Shown: piece by piece, positions 50,770-61,275 of the stretch
Numbering within the stretch: position 1 is the first letter of the stretch
How the letters are laid out: the number at the start of each line of letters is the position of its first letter
Source: a virus
Direction: 5' to 3' (one strand)
IMG/VR virus record: IMGVR_UViG_3300021197_001635
Span: 32,001 to 96,000 of that record
Length of the DNA: 64,000 nucleotides
The notes under the pieces: generated by a model
The model's database searches: none
What the model saw: only the letters and a program-made list of their open reading frames with translations
Told to the model about the DNA's origin: nothing
Position numbers and translations under genes: made by a program

Positions 50770-51251
50770 ATATTTTTGCAGTACATAAAGATCCTAAGAT
50801 CTCAGCACGTATGCTTTGTGACAAGCACATCTGCAAGATGATCCTAGAGTCGGTGCAGATGCTATGCACTGCGTTTCCTGATGGTGACGCACCAAAGACT
50901 TGCGGTGCTAGCCATGTTAATCATCCTTGCTCACGTTGGGCAAGAGAGACATCCAGCAACTATGATTGGTTGTCTGAGCATGTCATCACCCTGTGTGATG
51001 AATATACTAAGCGGTATGGCAAGGTCCATGCTTGGGATGATGCGGTTAAATGGTTGTATGATAACAACCCTCTCCCCAAGGGAGACATTACCCAACACCC
51101 CCAATGCATGCCTGCCTACTGTAAGGTAGATGGAGACCCCATCGAGGCATACCGAAATTATTATGTCCACGAGAAAGCCTACATGGCAAAGTGGAAGAAC
51201 AGTGATACTCCTAGGTGGTATCTCACCGCAATCGAGGAAGTGAAGAAGTGA
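50766..51251 (+). CDS. Pyrimidine-dimer DNA glycosylase (DenV-like family)
   Basis: MNIF....P...A...DKH..KM.LE..QML, H.NHPC..W, EY..RYGK.H, AYR.YY. Confidence 0.75.
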   Translation: MNIFAVHKDPKISARMLCDKHICKMILESVQMLCTAFPDGDAPKTCGASHVNHPCSRWARETSSNYDWLSEHVITLCDEYTKRYGKVHAWDDAVKWLYDNNPLPKGDITQHPQCMPAYCKVDGDPIEAYRNYYVHEKAYMAKWKNSDTPRWYLTAIEEVKK

Positions 51252-51418
51252 TTGATTTTCTTGTAAAAGCACTACCCCTTATATCTGCCATCCTTTACAT
51301 GGTAGTCGGCATTGGATACGGGATTAGGAAAGAGTGGGCATGGTGTCTGGTGTGGATGTCTTACGCCCTTGCCAATGTTGGACTCGTACTGGCGGCTATC
51401 GCAGGAGAGGCTAAATGA
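51248..51418 (+). CDS. Small membrane protein
   Basis: Two hydrophobic helices, W..YALANVGL. Confidence 0.55.
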   Translation: MIDFLVKALPLISAILYMVVGIGYGIRKEWAWCLVWMSYALANVGLVLAAIAGEAK

Positions 51419-51759
51419 CTTACGTTTCCGTGCGTGGTGGATACGAGAGAGGCGAAATCGCCGTGAAGGTGGCAGAGTGGTGTGTTGAGCATTTTGACAT
51501 TGAACCGAAGAGGGTGGACATCCAAGTCAACCATGCATACAGGGATTGCTGGGGGGCCTGTGATGAGGTGTCTAGAGGAGAATACTCGATAATTGTAGTC
51601 GCTAGGCAGTCTCTAAGAGACTTTATTGCCACTGTCACACACGAGATGGTGCATGTCAAGCAGTGGGAGACTGGCAGATGGTCTGGTGACGGTGAAAAGG
51701 AAGCAGAGAGATTGCAGTACAAGCTTGCTGACAAGATCTGGAAAGAAGATGTGATTTGA
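51415..51759 (+). CDS. Small HEXXH zinc metallopeptidase-like protein
   Basis: HEMVHVKQ and E.EA motifs. Confidence 0.7.
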   Translation: MTYVSVRGGYERGEIAVKVAEWCVEHFDIEPKRVDIQVNHAYRDCWGACDEVSRGEYSIIVVARQSLRDFIATVTHEMVHVKQWETGRWSGDGEKEAERLQYKLADKIWKEDVI

Positions 51760-51766
51760 CAACTAT

Positions 51767-51839
51767 GCGCCTGTAGCTCAATTGGTAGAGCGTTAGATTT
51801 CCAATCTAAATGTTGACGGTTCGAGTCCGTCCAGGCGCT
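51767..51839 (+). tRNA. tRNA-Gly(UCC)
   Basis: GCGCCTG/CAGGCGC, TTAGA-TTTCCAA-TCTAA, discriminator U. Confidence 0.92.
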
Positions 51840-51843
51840 TTAA

Positions 51844-51916
51844 GCGAGTGTAGCCCAACGGCAGAGGCAGTGGACTTAAAATCCATACAGTGTGGGTTCG
51901 AATCCCACCACTCGTA
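51844..51916 (+). tRNA. tRNA-Leu(UAA), short variable loop
   Basis: GCGAGTG/CACTCGT, GTGGA-CTTAAAA-TCCAT, GTGGG-TTCGAAT-CCCAC. Confidence 0.88.
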
Positions 51917-51933
51917 TTTTCGAGAGGAAGATA

Positions 51934-52192
51934 ATGAAGAATAAAATCGTACTTGAAATCACATTAGAGAGCGAGGCCTATGTGGATGAGTTCAAATCGG
52001 ACCCCAACCGCACCATGGATCTATGCCCTATTGATATGATGAAAATGATTGCAGGACAATGTAGACTTCCTTGGATGACCCACGGTATTAAAACGGTCAG
52101 ATGGAAAGAGCAGAGTCAGGATGAACAATATGAATTCGATGTGTATCGACTTCAGTATGCATATGATGATATAGGACAAAAGGACAAGACCA

Positions 52193-52215
<23 letters not shown>
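51934..52215 (+). CDS. Hypothetical protein
   Basis: ORF with RBS GAGGA after the tRNA pair. Confidence 0.55.
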
Positions 52216-54296
<2,081 letters not shown>

Positions 54297-54317
54297 TAGT
54301 ATTCTGAGATATATTCA

Positions 54318-54670
54318 GCAGCCATGTATGTGCATTCCCAGTATTGGGAGCCATAGCCGTCCCAGTGATTTAGACAGCCGCTAGTGTGCAACACGAGATT
54401 ATGCTAATAGCTCGGCATATCGTGTAACAAATCAAACAAATTTAAATACGTGCAAACGCCTCACGCCGCAAAGCCGCTGTGTGGGCGTTTGTTGTATCAT
54501 GAGCTAGAACAAATCAAATCAAATCGAAGTGCTCATGGATTTTACCAGGTGAACTGTTTGTGCATGTGTGCAAATCTGTGCACATTAGCTTTTGTGTAAT
54601 TAAGAATGCAACGCCGCATGCACGGCTGTTAGTACTGTCAGAATCAATTGAATCAGTGCAACATGGCTGC
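54318..54670 (+). ncRNA. Putative large structured non-coding RNA (unassigned)
   Basis: Nested long-range helices with G-U pairs favouring the + strand, in a gene-free gap (see findings). Confidence 0.55.
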
Positions 54671-54885
54671 GGGCGCATAACCTTTATAATAATTGCAATA
54701 ATAAAAACAAAAAAAAATAGAGACTGGTGTATCCATGTATATCTGCAGTATGGATGTATATCTGGTGTATTTGAATGTAATGCACGCCTACGAAATATAT
54801 GGGGGGATATTCGCGGAGCGAGATATATACCCCTAGGGAACCCCCCCAACTAAACCACCCGATTCTCTGTGAGGCTCTGATTCCT

Positions 54886-54893
54886 TATAAATA
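54886..54893 (+). promoter_or_regulatory. T4-type late promoter TATAAATA
   Basis: Exact motif upstream of the putative internal-protein cluster. Confidence 0.65.
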
Positions 54894-54984
54894 CATGCAG
54901 AAGACAATATACACCCCCTCGGCGGGGGGAAAACATATACTACCCAAGGGACCCACAATTTTTCCTAAAAAGGATATTTGAAAA

Positions 54985-55626
54985 ATGACAATCCAAAACA
55001 GAATTTACATGCAGAAGTTAATGGATAGCTTGAAAAGAGCAGAAGAAGATTTACTAAAGGAAAATATCGCGGGTATGCCCCCTGCTGGCGGTGGATCTCC
55101 TTTAGGTTCGATGCCCCCAGGCGGAATGAGACGTATCCCTGGAATGGGTAGTACACCATTCCGTAGTAAAAGGAATCCTGGAAGTAATACCGATCAAGTA
55201 CAGGGTGATAGATTCCCTGATAAGATGGATGTGATCAGTCAAGATGGTGGAGTAGGATTCCCACCATCATGGTGGTCAGAAGAAAACGGACCTTTCCAAG
55301 ATCAGACGCACCAGATGGCTGCATGGTTCCAGTGGTTGCATAATCATGGTGGACTCGAAGCATTCTTGCAGGGATACCAAGGTCAAGTCACCCCCGCTAT
55401 GGAATATTTCTGGGAGAACCTTGGTTATCTCTTGAATAACATGGAAAACTATTACGGGTGGGATCCAGATGGATGGAGTCCTTACATAACTGGTTATTTC
55501 AATCAGTTAATGGGTGCTATTAATAACTACAATGCTCATATGGCTGGTGGTTACATAGATAATCCCGATCCTTCCATCGACGGTGGGTTGACCAATGGAC
55601 TTGGTGCACCTCCTGCTGGTGGTTGA
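54985..55626 (+). CDS. Hypothetical low-complexity protein (possible head internal protein)
   Basis: G/P/W-rich ORF; LLKE possible prohead-protease site. Confidence 0.55.
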   Translation: MTIQNRIYMQKLMDSLKRAEEDLLKENIAGMPPAGGGSPLGSMPPGGMRRIPGMGSTPFRSKRNPGSNTDQVQGDRFPDKMDVISQDGGVGFPPSWWSEENGPFQDQTHQMAAWFQWLHNHGGLEAFLQGYQGQVTPAMEYFWENLGYLLNNMENYYGWDPDGWSPYITGYFNQLMGAINNYNAHMAGGYIDNPDPSIDGGLTNGLGAPPAGG

Positions 55627-55677
55627 TAACCCCTTTCCTCTTCCGAAAGATTCGACCTTTAAAAAGGATGCTGAGAT

Positions 55678-56193
55678 ATGGGAATGTTCTTCGAAAACTT
55701 CGACCCAGTTGCGGGTGTTGCCGTGCCCGCAACTGGGGGATTGACTGTCAATGAAGCAAAGGGAGTGCCTATGAATCATAGGCAGACCTATCCTGGGAGA
55801 GAGAACCACCCCGCAGTTCCGCCTCCTTCCCAACAAGTGGATCGCTTCCGCTATGATGTCGAGTCAAGGCCAGATACGCCTGGCTCTCTAGATTGGTTAC
55901 AACAACTTCGGAAGCCCGACGCTCAACAGTGGTATGAGTTTCTGGTTCCAATAGAGTTCAGGGATCCGAGGTTCACGCTCGAAAGATTGCCACCCATGCC
56001 ACCAATCCCTCCCCAACAGCAGTTTAGTAACCCTGGACCTCTCCTACCCGATGACCCTTCAGATATTGGTGAGCCTGGACCACCACGTTTACCATATCAG
56101 CAACTTACACCGCCAGGAAATCAGGTAAATCCTACACCCATGACACCACAAGAAGTAAAAAACATGCTTAAAGACATGATGAGGAGAAAATAG
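55678..56193 (+). CDS. Proline-rich hypothetical protein
   Basis: 171-aa ORF, co-oriented. Confidence 0.5.
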   Translation: MGMFFENFDPVAGVAVPATGGLTVNEAKGVPMNHRQTYPGRENHPAVPPPSQQVDRFRYDVESRPDTPGSLDWLQQLRKPDAQQWYEFLVPIEFRDPRFTLERLPPMPPIPPQQQFSNPGPLLPDDPSDIGEPGPPRLPYQQLTPPGNQVNPTPMTPQEVKNMLKDMMRRK

Positions 56194-56194
56194 A

Positions 56195-56638
56195 ATGAGC
56201 ATCTATAGGAAAAATGATAATATCAAAAGCCTAACAGAGGCATACAAGGGAATGTTCTCCCCTGAGAAATCGAACGATCCCATCGCAGATGATTATGCAG
56301 CATCGCAAAATGAAACATATATGGCGCCCAACGCAAATTCACCAATGATGAATGATAAACCAGCATCACTCTCTAAGGGTGATATGGGTTCTAAGATGCC
56401 TGATCAATCCGTCTCCCAACCCCCAGAAGGCGGTTTGGACATGTTAGGTACATACACTGAGTCTTTCTTGGACTGGTTCTTATGGTTTATGGAAAATCAG
56501 GACTCTCTTGATTTTAACAACATGGGTTCTTACATGCAGCAAATATACAATATAATTGGTAATTCTGTTCCAAACGGTCAGTTTAACCAAGATTCATTGA
56601 ACCACATACTAGCAAACTGGGGGCAACCTTACGTATGA
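56195..56638 (+). CDS. Hypothetical protein with MSIYRKNDNIKSLTEAY leader
   Basis: Shares first 50 nt with next gene. Confidence 0.6.
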   Translation: MSIYRKNDNIKSLTEAYKGMFSPEKSNDPIADDYAASQNETYMAPNANSPMMNDKPASLSKGDMGSKMPDQSVSQPPEGGLDMLGTYTESFLDWFLWFMENQDSLDFNNMGSYMQQIYNIIGNSVPNGQFNQDSLNHILANWGQPYV

Positions 56639-56976
56639 GCATCTATAGGAAAAATGATAATATCAAAAGCCTAACAGAGGCATATAATAAAATGTATTCT
56701 TCTGATGAAGATGTTCAGGGCATTGAAGAAATTCATGATATGCCAGACCGTCTAGGTCCAGATGGAGTGCCGAATTCACCTAGCACCCCACAAACACCCA
56801 AGAGGATTAAAGAGCCTGGAGTTCCTAGACCACCCATTAGTCCTATTACCAATCCAACTCATCCGAACGCACCCCCACCACCAGTGATTAAACCACAACT
56901 CCCGTTGGATCGACTAATCCCAGACCTGCTGGACCTTTGGGACAAGATGACCAGTCCATACCGTTTTAGGCGATAG
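56635..56976 (+). CDS. Proline-rich hypothetical protein with MSIYRKNDNIKSLTEAY leader
   Basis: Shares first 50 nt with previous gene. Confidence 0.6.
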   Translation: MSIYRKNDNIKSLTEAYNKMYSSDEDVQGIEEIHDMPDRLGPDGVPNSPSTPQTPKRIKEPGVPRPPISPITNPTHPNAPPPPVIKPQLPLDRLIPDLLDLWDKMTSPYRFRR

Positions 56977-56997
56977 GGTATTCAAACCTATTGAGAT

Positions 56998-57005
56998 TAT
57001 AAATA
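56998..57005 (+). promoter_or_regulatory. T4-type late promoter TATAAATA
   Basis: Exact motif, intergenic, upstream of a structured element. Confidence 0.7.
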
Positions 57006-57009
57006 ATGT

Positions 57010-57282
57010 GTGAAAGGAAACAATAATAATCAATGATTAGAGATACCTCTTCACAATCAAATACCATAACAAGACAGGACGGTGTGCCATGCGAAAGCGG
57101 GTACGCCGTCCTTTCTTATAAGGATTTCTCCTACGGTCCGAGCAAGATAGGCAGTGCGCCAGTCGTTACGCTATCCATGCAAGGTGAGGGTGTATCAGAC
57201 CCTCACTAAGGAACTTCGCTACCTTTGGACCGTCATTCATAGTAGGCAACCCCTTGACCTTTGTCAGGGGGTTGTCTTTTTT
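57010..57282 (+). ncRNA. Putative structured small RNA with segments antisense to 23S rRNA domain IV
   Basis: Late promoter, GAAA-capped hairpin 57076-57112, closing stem 57133-57142/57223-57233, terminator; 57152-57181 and 57208-57233 are reverse complements of conserved 23S sequence. Confidence 0.65.
57245..57282 (+). terminator. Rho-independent terminator
   Basis: GGCAACCCCTTGAC-CTTT-GTCAGGGGGTTGTC followed by T6. Confidence 0.85.
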
Positions 57283-57319
57283 ATATATAAAGGAGAACAT
57301 ACCCTAGGAGACTCCCTAT

Positions 57320-58690
57320 ATGAAGAATTTCAAACAGTTTGTCTTGACAGAGGCTAGAGGATTCTTCATGGGTCACCACATAGGTGATGATGTGGTGTTC
57401 AAATCAGGATCTTATGCTAGTGCTGGGTCTTTCACCATTGTTTCTCATGACATGGTATCGGACATTCACTCCAAGGTGGATGGTTATGTTCAAAAAGGTT
57501 ATGAGGTTGCACAACAATGGACTGGTCCAGATAAAGAGATCACTGATACTAGTAAGGTAGATAGTTATAATGATGGTAGAATCATAGTATTAGATAGCCA
57601 GAAGAAAAAAGTCATAGTGGTCATATTTGGCAAGGGTAAAAATTCTGGTGCATCACCTAGAAGATTCAACCTTAGATACTCAACAAGCACAGAATCGCTA
57701 GACCTTAAACCTCAATCATTGGGTCTGAAAGAGAAGCCCTATGGTATGGATTCTTTCGCTAATACTGTAATAAATGCGGTCCTCGACAGGAAAGATTTAG
57801 ACCCAGCAGTCAAGGGTTATCTCGAACTTCTAGTTGAGTATTATTGGAATAATTATAGCAATGAAGTGGCAAACGACATCAAGAATGAGTATGGTGATGT
57901 CCTCAGTAGCATGCCCATGGGTCAGATTAAGAAGAACTTCGGTGAAATAATAGGTCCCTTAGCAATTCTTGCAAGCAAATCCGTACTGTTCAAATCAATG
58001 AAATTCAATAAAAGAGACAAAATACTCTTGCCTTTAAGGGGTAACGAGGAACTGGTAGACTTCTATCTTGTGAAAGACGGGAGACAAATACCTTTCTCTG
58101 CCAAGTCTGGAAGATCTACTACCAACTTGGTAAAGCCAGGCAATATAGTGTCACTGATTGATGCTAACCCCTCCTTCAAGAGGAAATACGGTAGGTCTCT
58201 GGAAGTCAAGGTTATGAAAGACCTTGCCAGCAACGTAGCAACTGATGGACCCATGGTAGCAGCATATAACCTTAACAAATCTATCAAGGAATTCAAGAAG
58301 ATCTCCAAGGAGATGCTAGACCATTGGACTTCTACCTCCAGTAGGAAGGGCAGAGATTGGAAGTATATCCCCGAGTTATATGATGACTATGCTTCGGCTA
58401 TCGGATTGAACACCAGCGGAAGAAAGAAACCAACGTTTGGTGAAATACTCTATTACACCGAAACAACCCTCGCTAGAGCAAGCAAGGGTGGGATATTAGA
58501 CTACTCAGAGATGTTCAATGAGGTGGTAGGTGGTGCAGTCAACTACATCAACCTAGTCAAGATGGATAAAAACGGTCTACCAGTGTGGGAGACCTCAGAA
58601 GGTGGAAGATCAACTGCCCATTTGAGAACTAAAAATGGAACTACTAGGATCGCAACAGACAAAGTTGGTTTACAAGTACATACAGGGTAA
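57320..58690 (+). CDS. Putative PD-(D/E)XK nuclease-like protein with capsid-targeting-like N-terminus
   Basis: MKNFKQFVLTE leader; FGEI.GP, P..GNEELVDF...FSAKSG. Confidence 0.5.
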   Translation: MKNFKQFVLTEARGFFMGHHIGDDVVFKSGSYASAGSFTIVSHDMVSDIHSKVDGYVQKGYEVAQQWTGPDKEITDTSKVDSYNDGRIIVLDSQKKKVIVVIFGKGKNSGASPRRFNLRYSTSTESLDLKPQSLGLKEKPYGMDSFANTVINAVLDRKDLDPAVKGYLELLVEYYWNNYSNEVANDIKNEYGDVLSSMPMGQIKKNFGEIIGPLAILASKSVLFKSMKFNKRDKILLPLRGNEELVDFYLVKDGRQIPFSAKSGRSTTNLVKPGNIVSLIDANPSFKRKYGRSLEVKVMKDLASNVATDGPMVAAYNLNKSIKEFKKISKEMLDHWTSTSSRKGRDWKYIPELYDDYASAIGLNTSGRKKPTFGEILYYTETTLARASKGGILDYSEMFNEVVGGAVNYINLVKMDKNGLPVWETSEGGRSTAHLRTKNGTTRIATDKVGLQVHTG

Positions 58691-58693
58691 TAA

Positions 58694-59239
58694 ATGAATA
58701 GATTTATATGGTTCAATACTGACGAAGAGACTATAACACTTGAAACAAGATCTTATAAATCTCATATGGCTGGATGGCATGCATTAGTGGCAGTTCAAAA
58801 TCCTGATTCTATGGGTTTTGACCAGTCTGTGATTATGGATTTGCTGGGAGAGGAAAGATATAATACACTAGCAGGAATACCGATCGAAAGTGCATTCTCT
58901 GGTGATAACAAGAAGAAATTGCAACAAATGGAAGATTATGAGAGACCGATAGAATCCTTGATTTACAAAGAAAGACCAATGATGGTGAAGGCTAGGAGAT
59001 CTTTAGATTCTCACAGCGGTAAAAACTGCTGGTTTATCACATCCACAGATAAGGATAAGGCTAGAATATTTCTAAAGCGGATGGGTGGAGAGATGAAAGA
59101 CAGAGATATTATTATGATATCTACCCTGTCTAAGGAAGTGGATAAAGAGTTCACATGTAGAGAATCGGCGATAAGACATCTAGAAGGAAGAAAGAGATCT
59201 ATTATAGGTGAAAGAATGGAACAGATAAGGAACTTATAG
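58694..59239 (+). CDS. Hypothetical protein
   Basis: 181-aa ORF, weakly similar to the N-half of the next gene. Confidence 0.55.
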   Translation: MNRFIWFNTDEETITLETRSYKSHMAGWHALVAVQNPDSMGFDQSVIMDLLGEERYNTLAGIPIESAFSGDNKKKLQQMEDYERPIESLIYKERPMMVKARRSLDSHSGKNCWFITSTDKDKARIFLKRMGGEMKDRDIIMISTLSKEVDKEFTCRESAIRHLEGRKRSIIGERMEQIRNL

Positions 59240-59243
59240 CACT

Positions 59244-60608
59244 ATGAATGAGAATCTCAATAAAGGCACAAATAAAGACCACGGTTCCTCATCGGGCAAA
59301 TTCGTCAAAGGTTGGGTTCATCCCTCTGGTAAGGTATATGTGTGGAACAAGATGGAACCGTATCATGTTCAGTATATTGCTAATAATCCTAGCAAGTTTA
59401 GACTCAAAGAGCAAGATATACTAGACCATCTAATAGAAAGATATGAAGACTATGGTGTTAACCAACCAGCTACATCAGCAAGAAGCGAGATGATCAATCT
59501 TAAGAATGGTCGTACTGATATTGATAGAAAAGTAGAATTGATGGTGATAAAAAAGGGTTGGTGTAGATTTGTGCTTGATGATGACTGGGGGGGTCTCAGA
59601 GGTATCAAAAATAAAGACATACACAAATGTGCCAAGATATTGTTCGACAAGATGGAAAGAAGGTTCACCAAAAGTTTTGGACTAGAGGTGAATATAATAG
59701 ATGCTAGGCTTGGGGACTATAATTACCGAAAAGGTAAATATCTGGCCCACGACATGCTAAGGGCATGGGTAAACGGTAAACAACCAGACCCCCATAGTGT
59801 TCAATTAAGGAAGCATACCGAAATAGGAAGGACTATGAAAATGTTCAGGGGTCATGACTGGGACGAGCCAGTAAAGATTTATAGTAGTCACATACCTTTA
59901 TCGTTCAAAGAATGGTTGAAAGAATCCGTGGAAATGAAAGACGGAAAGTATGTTACCGTGAAGCAGTTTAACTCTGAGGATGCGGCTATGGCATCTATAG
60001 AGAATGCAGAAGGTCTTATTGACCACATGAAGATTATGGATTCTGTATATACTATGGTGTTCGATAGTGAAGACCACAAAGAGAAGTTCGTAAAAGATCA
60101 TGAATTTAATCTTATGGGGGAATCAACCACACATGATTCTAACTCAATTAGTGAGAAGAGCAGTAGAGCAGAGATAGAAGGTGCTATGGAGTGGTGGCAT
60201 GGCGAAATCACTGCATCCAGTAAGAGAGATAGAGCCGCTATGGGGTATGGTAGACCTGAGCATATTAGGGAACTAATCAAAAGACCTGTGCCTAATCTTA
60301 AATATCATATTAAGATGTATAATGCTTACCTAGACGAATACGGTCCTTTTGATGAAGTACCATCCAGATTAGAAGAGGCAAGAAGATTTACACCATCTGG
60401 TACATTCCAATTTCCTAGTGCAAACCAAGCAAAAGATTTCATGAGTGATATTTCAAGAGAAGGAAGAGGGAATATCCAAACTCAACACAGATTTGAACAA
60501 GGTTATGGCAGGAAGAATATAATCGATGTAAAATGGTCAGGCACTATGGATAGAGTAGTATATGACGTTCTTAGAAAATATAATGGCCGTGCATGGACTC
60601 AAGGGTAG
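59244..60608 (+). CDS. Hypothetical multi-segment protein (possible internal head polyprotein)
   Basis: Internal LSFKEWLKE, ISE, LEE possible protease sites. Confidence 0.55.
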   Translation: MNENLNKGTNKDHGSSSGKFVKGWVHPSGKVYVWNKMEPYHVQYIANNPSKFRLKEQDILDHLIERYEDYGVNQPATSARSEMINLKNGRTDIDRKVELMVIKKGWCRFVLDDDWGGLRGIKNKDIHKCAKILFDKMERRFTKSFGLEVNIIDARLGDYNYRKGKYLAHDMLRAWVNGKQPDPHSVQLRKHTEIGRTMKMFRGHDWDEPVKIYSSHIPLSFKEWLKESVEMKDGKYVTVKQFNSEDAAMASIENAEGLIDHMKIMDSVYTMVFDSEDHKEKFVKDHEFNLMGESTTHDSNSISEKSSRAEIEGAMEWWHGEITASSKRDRAAMGYGRPEHIRELIKRPVPNLKYHIKMYNAYLDEYGPFDEVPSRLEEARRFTPSGTFQFPSANQAKDFMSDISREGRGNIQTQHRFEQGYGRKNIIDVKWSGTMDRVVYDVLRKYNGRAWTQG

Positions 60609-60615
60609 GACCTTA

Positions 60616-61275
60616 ATGAAATCATTTAAGCAATTCATACTAGAGACATATGCTGATTCTGGCATAGGCAAGTGGATGAGACAGTCTGCTGGGGGATCAC
60701 CAGGCTGGGATAGGTATGGTACTAGCGGACAAAAACTGGGTAAATGTGGGGATGCAAAAGAGGGAGATGCATACTCTGCATGCTTATCTGCTAGCAAGGC
60801 TAAGAAATTGGGTAAAGATGGAATAGCATCATATGTTAGAAGAAAAAGGGATGCACAGAAGAAGTCTGGCGACTCTTCCAAAGGTGGTGAGGAAAAGAAG
60901 GGTCAGAAACCAGTATATGTCAAGACAGAGAGTAAAGAGCCTGGTAAGGACTATCATGAAAAGATGGCAGATAAGTTGAGGAAAGCAGGATTTGACCTGA
61001 GGAAACCAATCAGCAGGAAAAAAGCATGGGATGTCATCGGAAGTATGGCAGTTAGCAGGCTTGCTGACAAAGGATATATAGATATAGAGGGTGGTGAGGG
61101 TAGACAGAAAAGAGAATCTGTTATAGAGTCTGACAACAAGCCTACCAACCCATCTCTATGGAAGAAAGCATTATCTAAGGCTAGATCTAAATTCGATGTA
61201 TTCCCATCAGCATATGCTAGTGCTTGGGCATCAAAGTGGTACAAAGAACAAGGTGGAGGTTGGAAAAAGAAATGA
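60616..61275 (+). CDS. Putative internal head protein (DUF5872-like C-terminus)
   Basis: MKSFKQFILE leader; PTNPSLW...KFDVFPSAYA..W....YK..GG.W. Confidence 0.6.
   Translation: MKSFKQFILETYADSGIGKWMRQSAGGSPGWDRYGTSGQKLGKCGDAKEGDAYSACLSASKAKKLGKDGIASYVRRKRDAQKKSGDSSKGGEEKKGQKPVYVKTESKEPGKDYHEKMADKLRKAGFDLRKPISRKKAWDVIGSMAVSRLADKGYIDIEGGEGRQKRESVIESDNKPTNPSLWKKALSKARSKFDVFPSAYASAWASKWYKEQGGGWKKK

Noticed and set aside
54514-54981. ORFs 54514-54849(-), 54560-54853(+), 54799-54981(+)
   Set aside because: Atypical composition, no RBS, overlap a region explained by secondary structure
57033-57209. 58-aa ORF (MIRDTSSQ...) and 67-aa ORF 57154-57357 over the structured RNA
   Set aside because: No recognisable motif; sequence is better explained by base pairing and rRNA complementarity, though a dual-function RNA is not excluded
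57150-57236. An rRNA gene on the minus strand
   Set aside because: Only ~85 nt resemble 23S, helix 71 is replaced, flanks are not rRNA-like, and promoter/terminator point to the opposite strand
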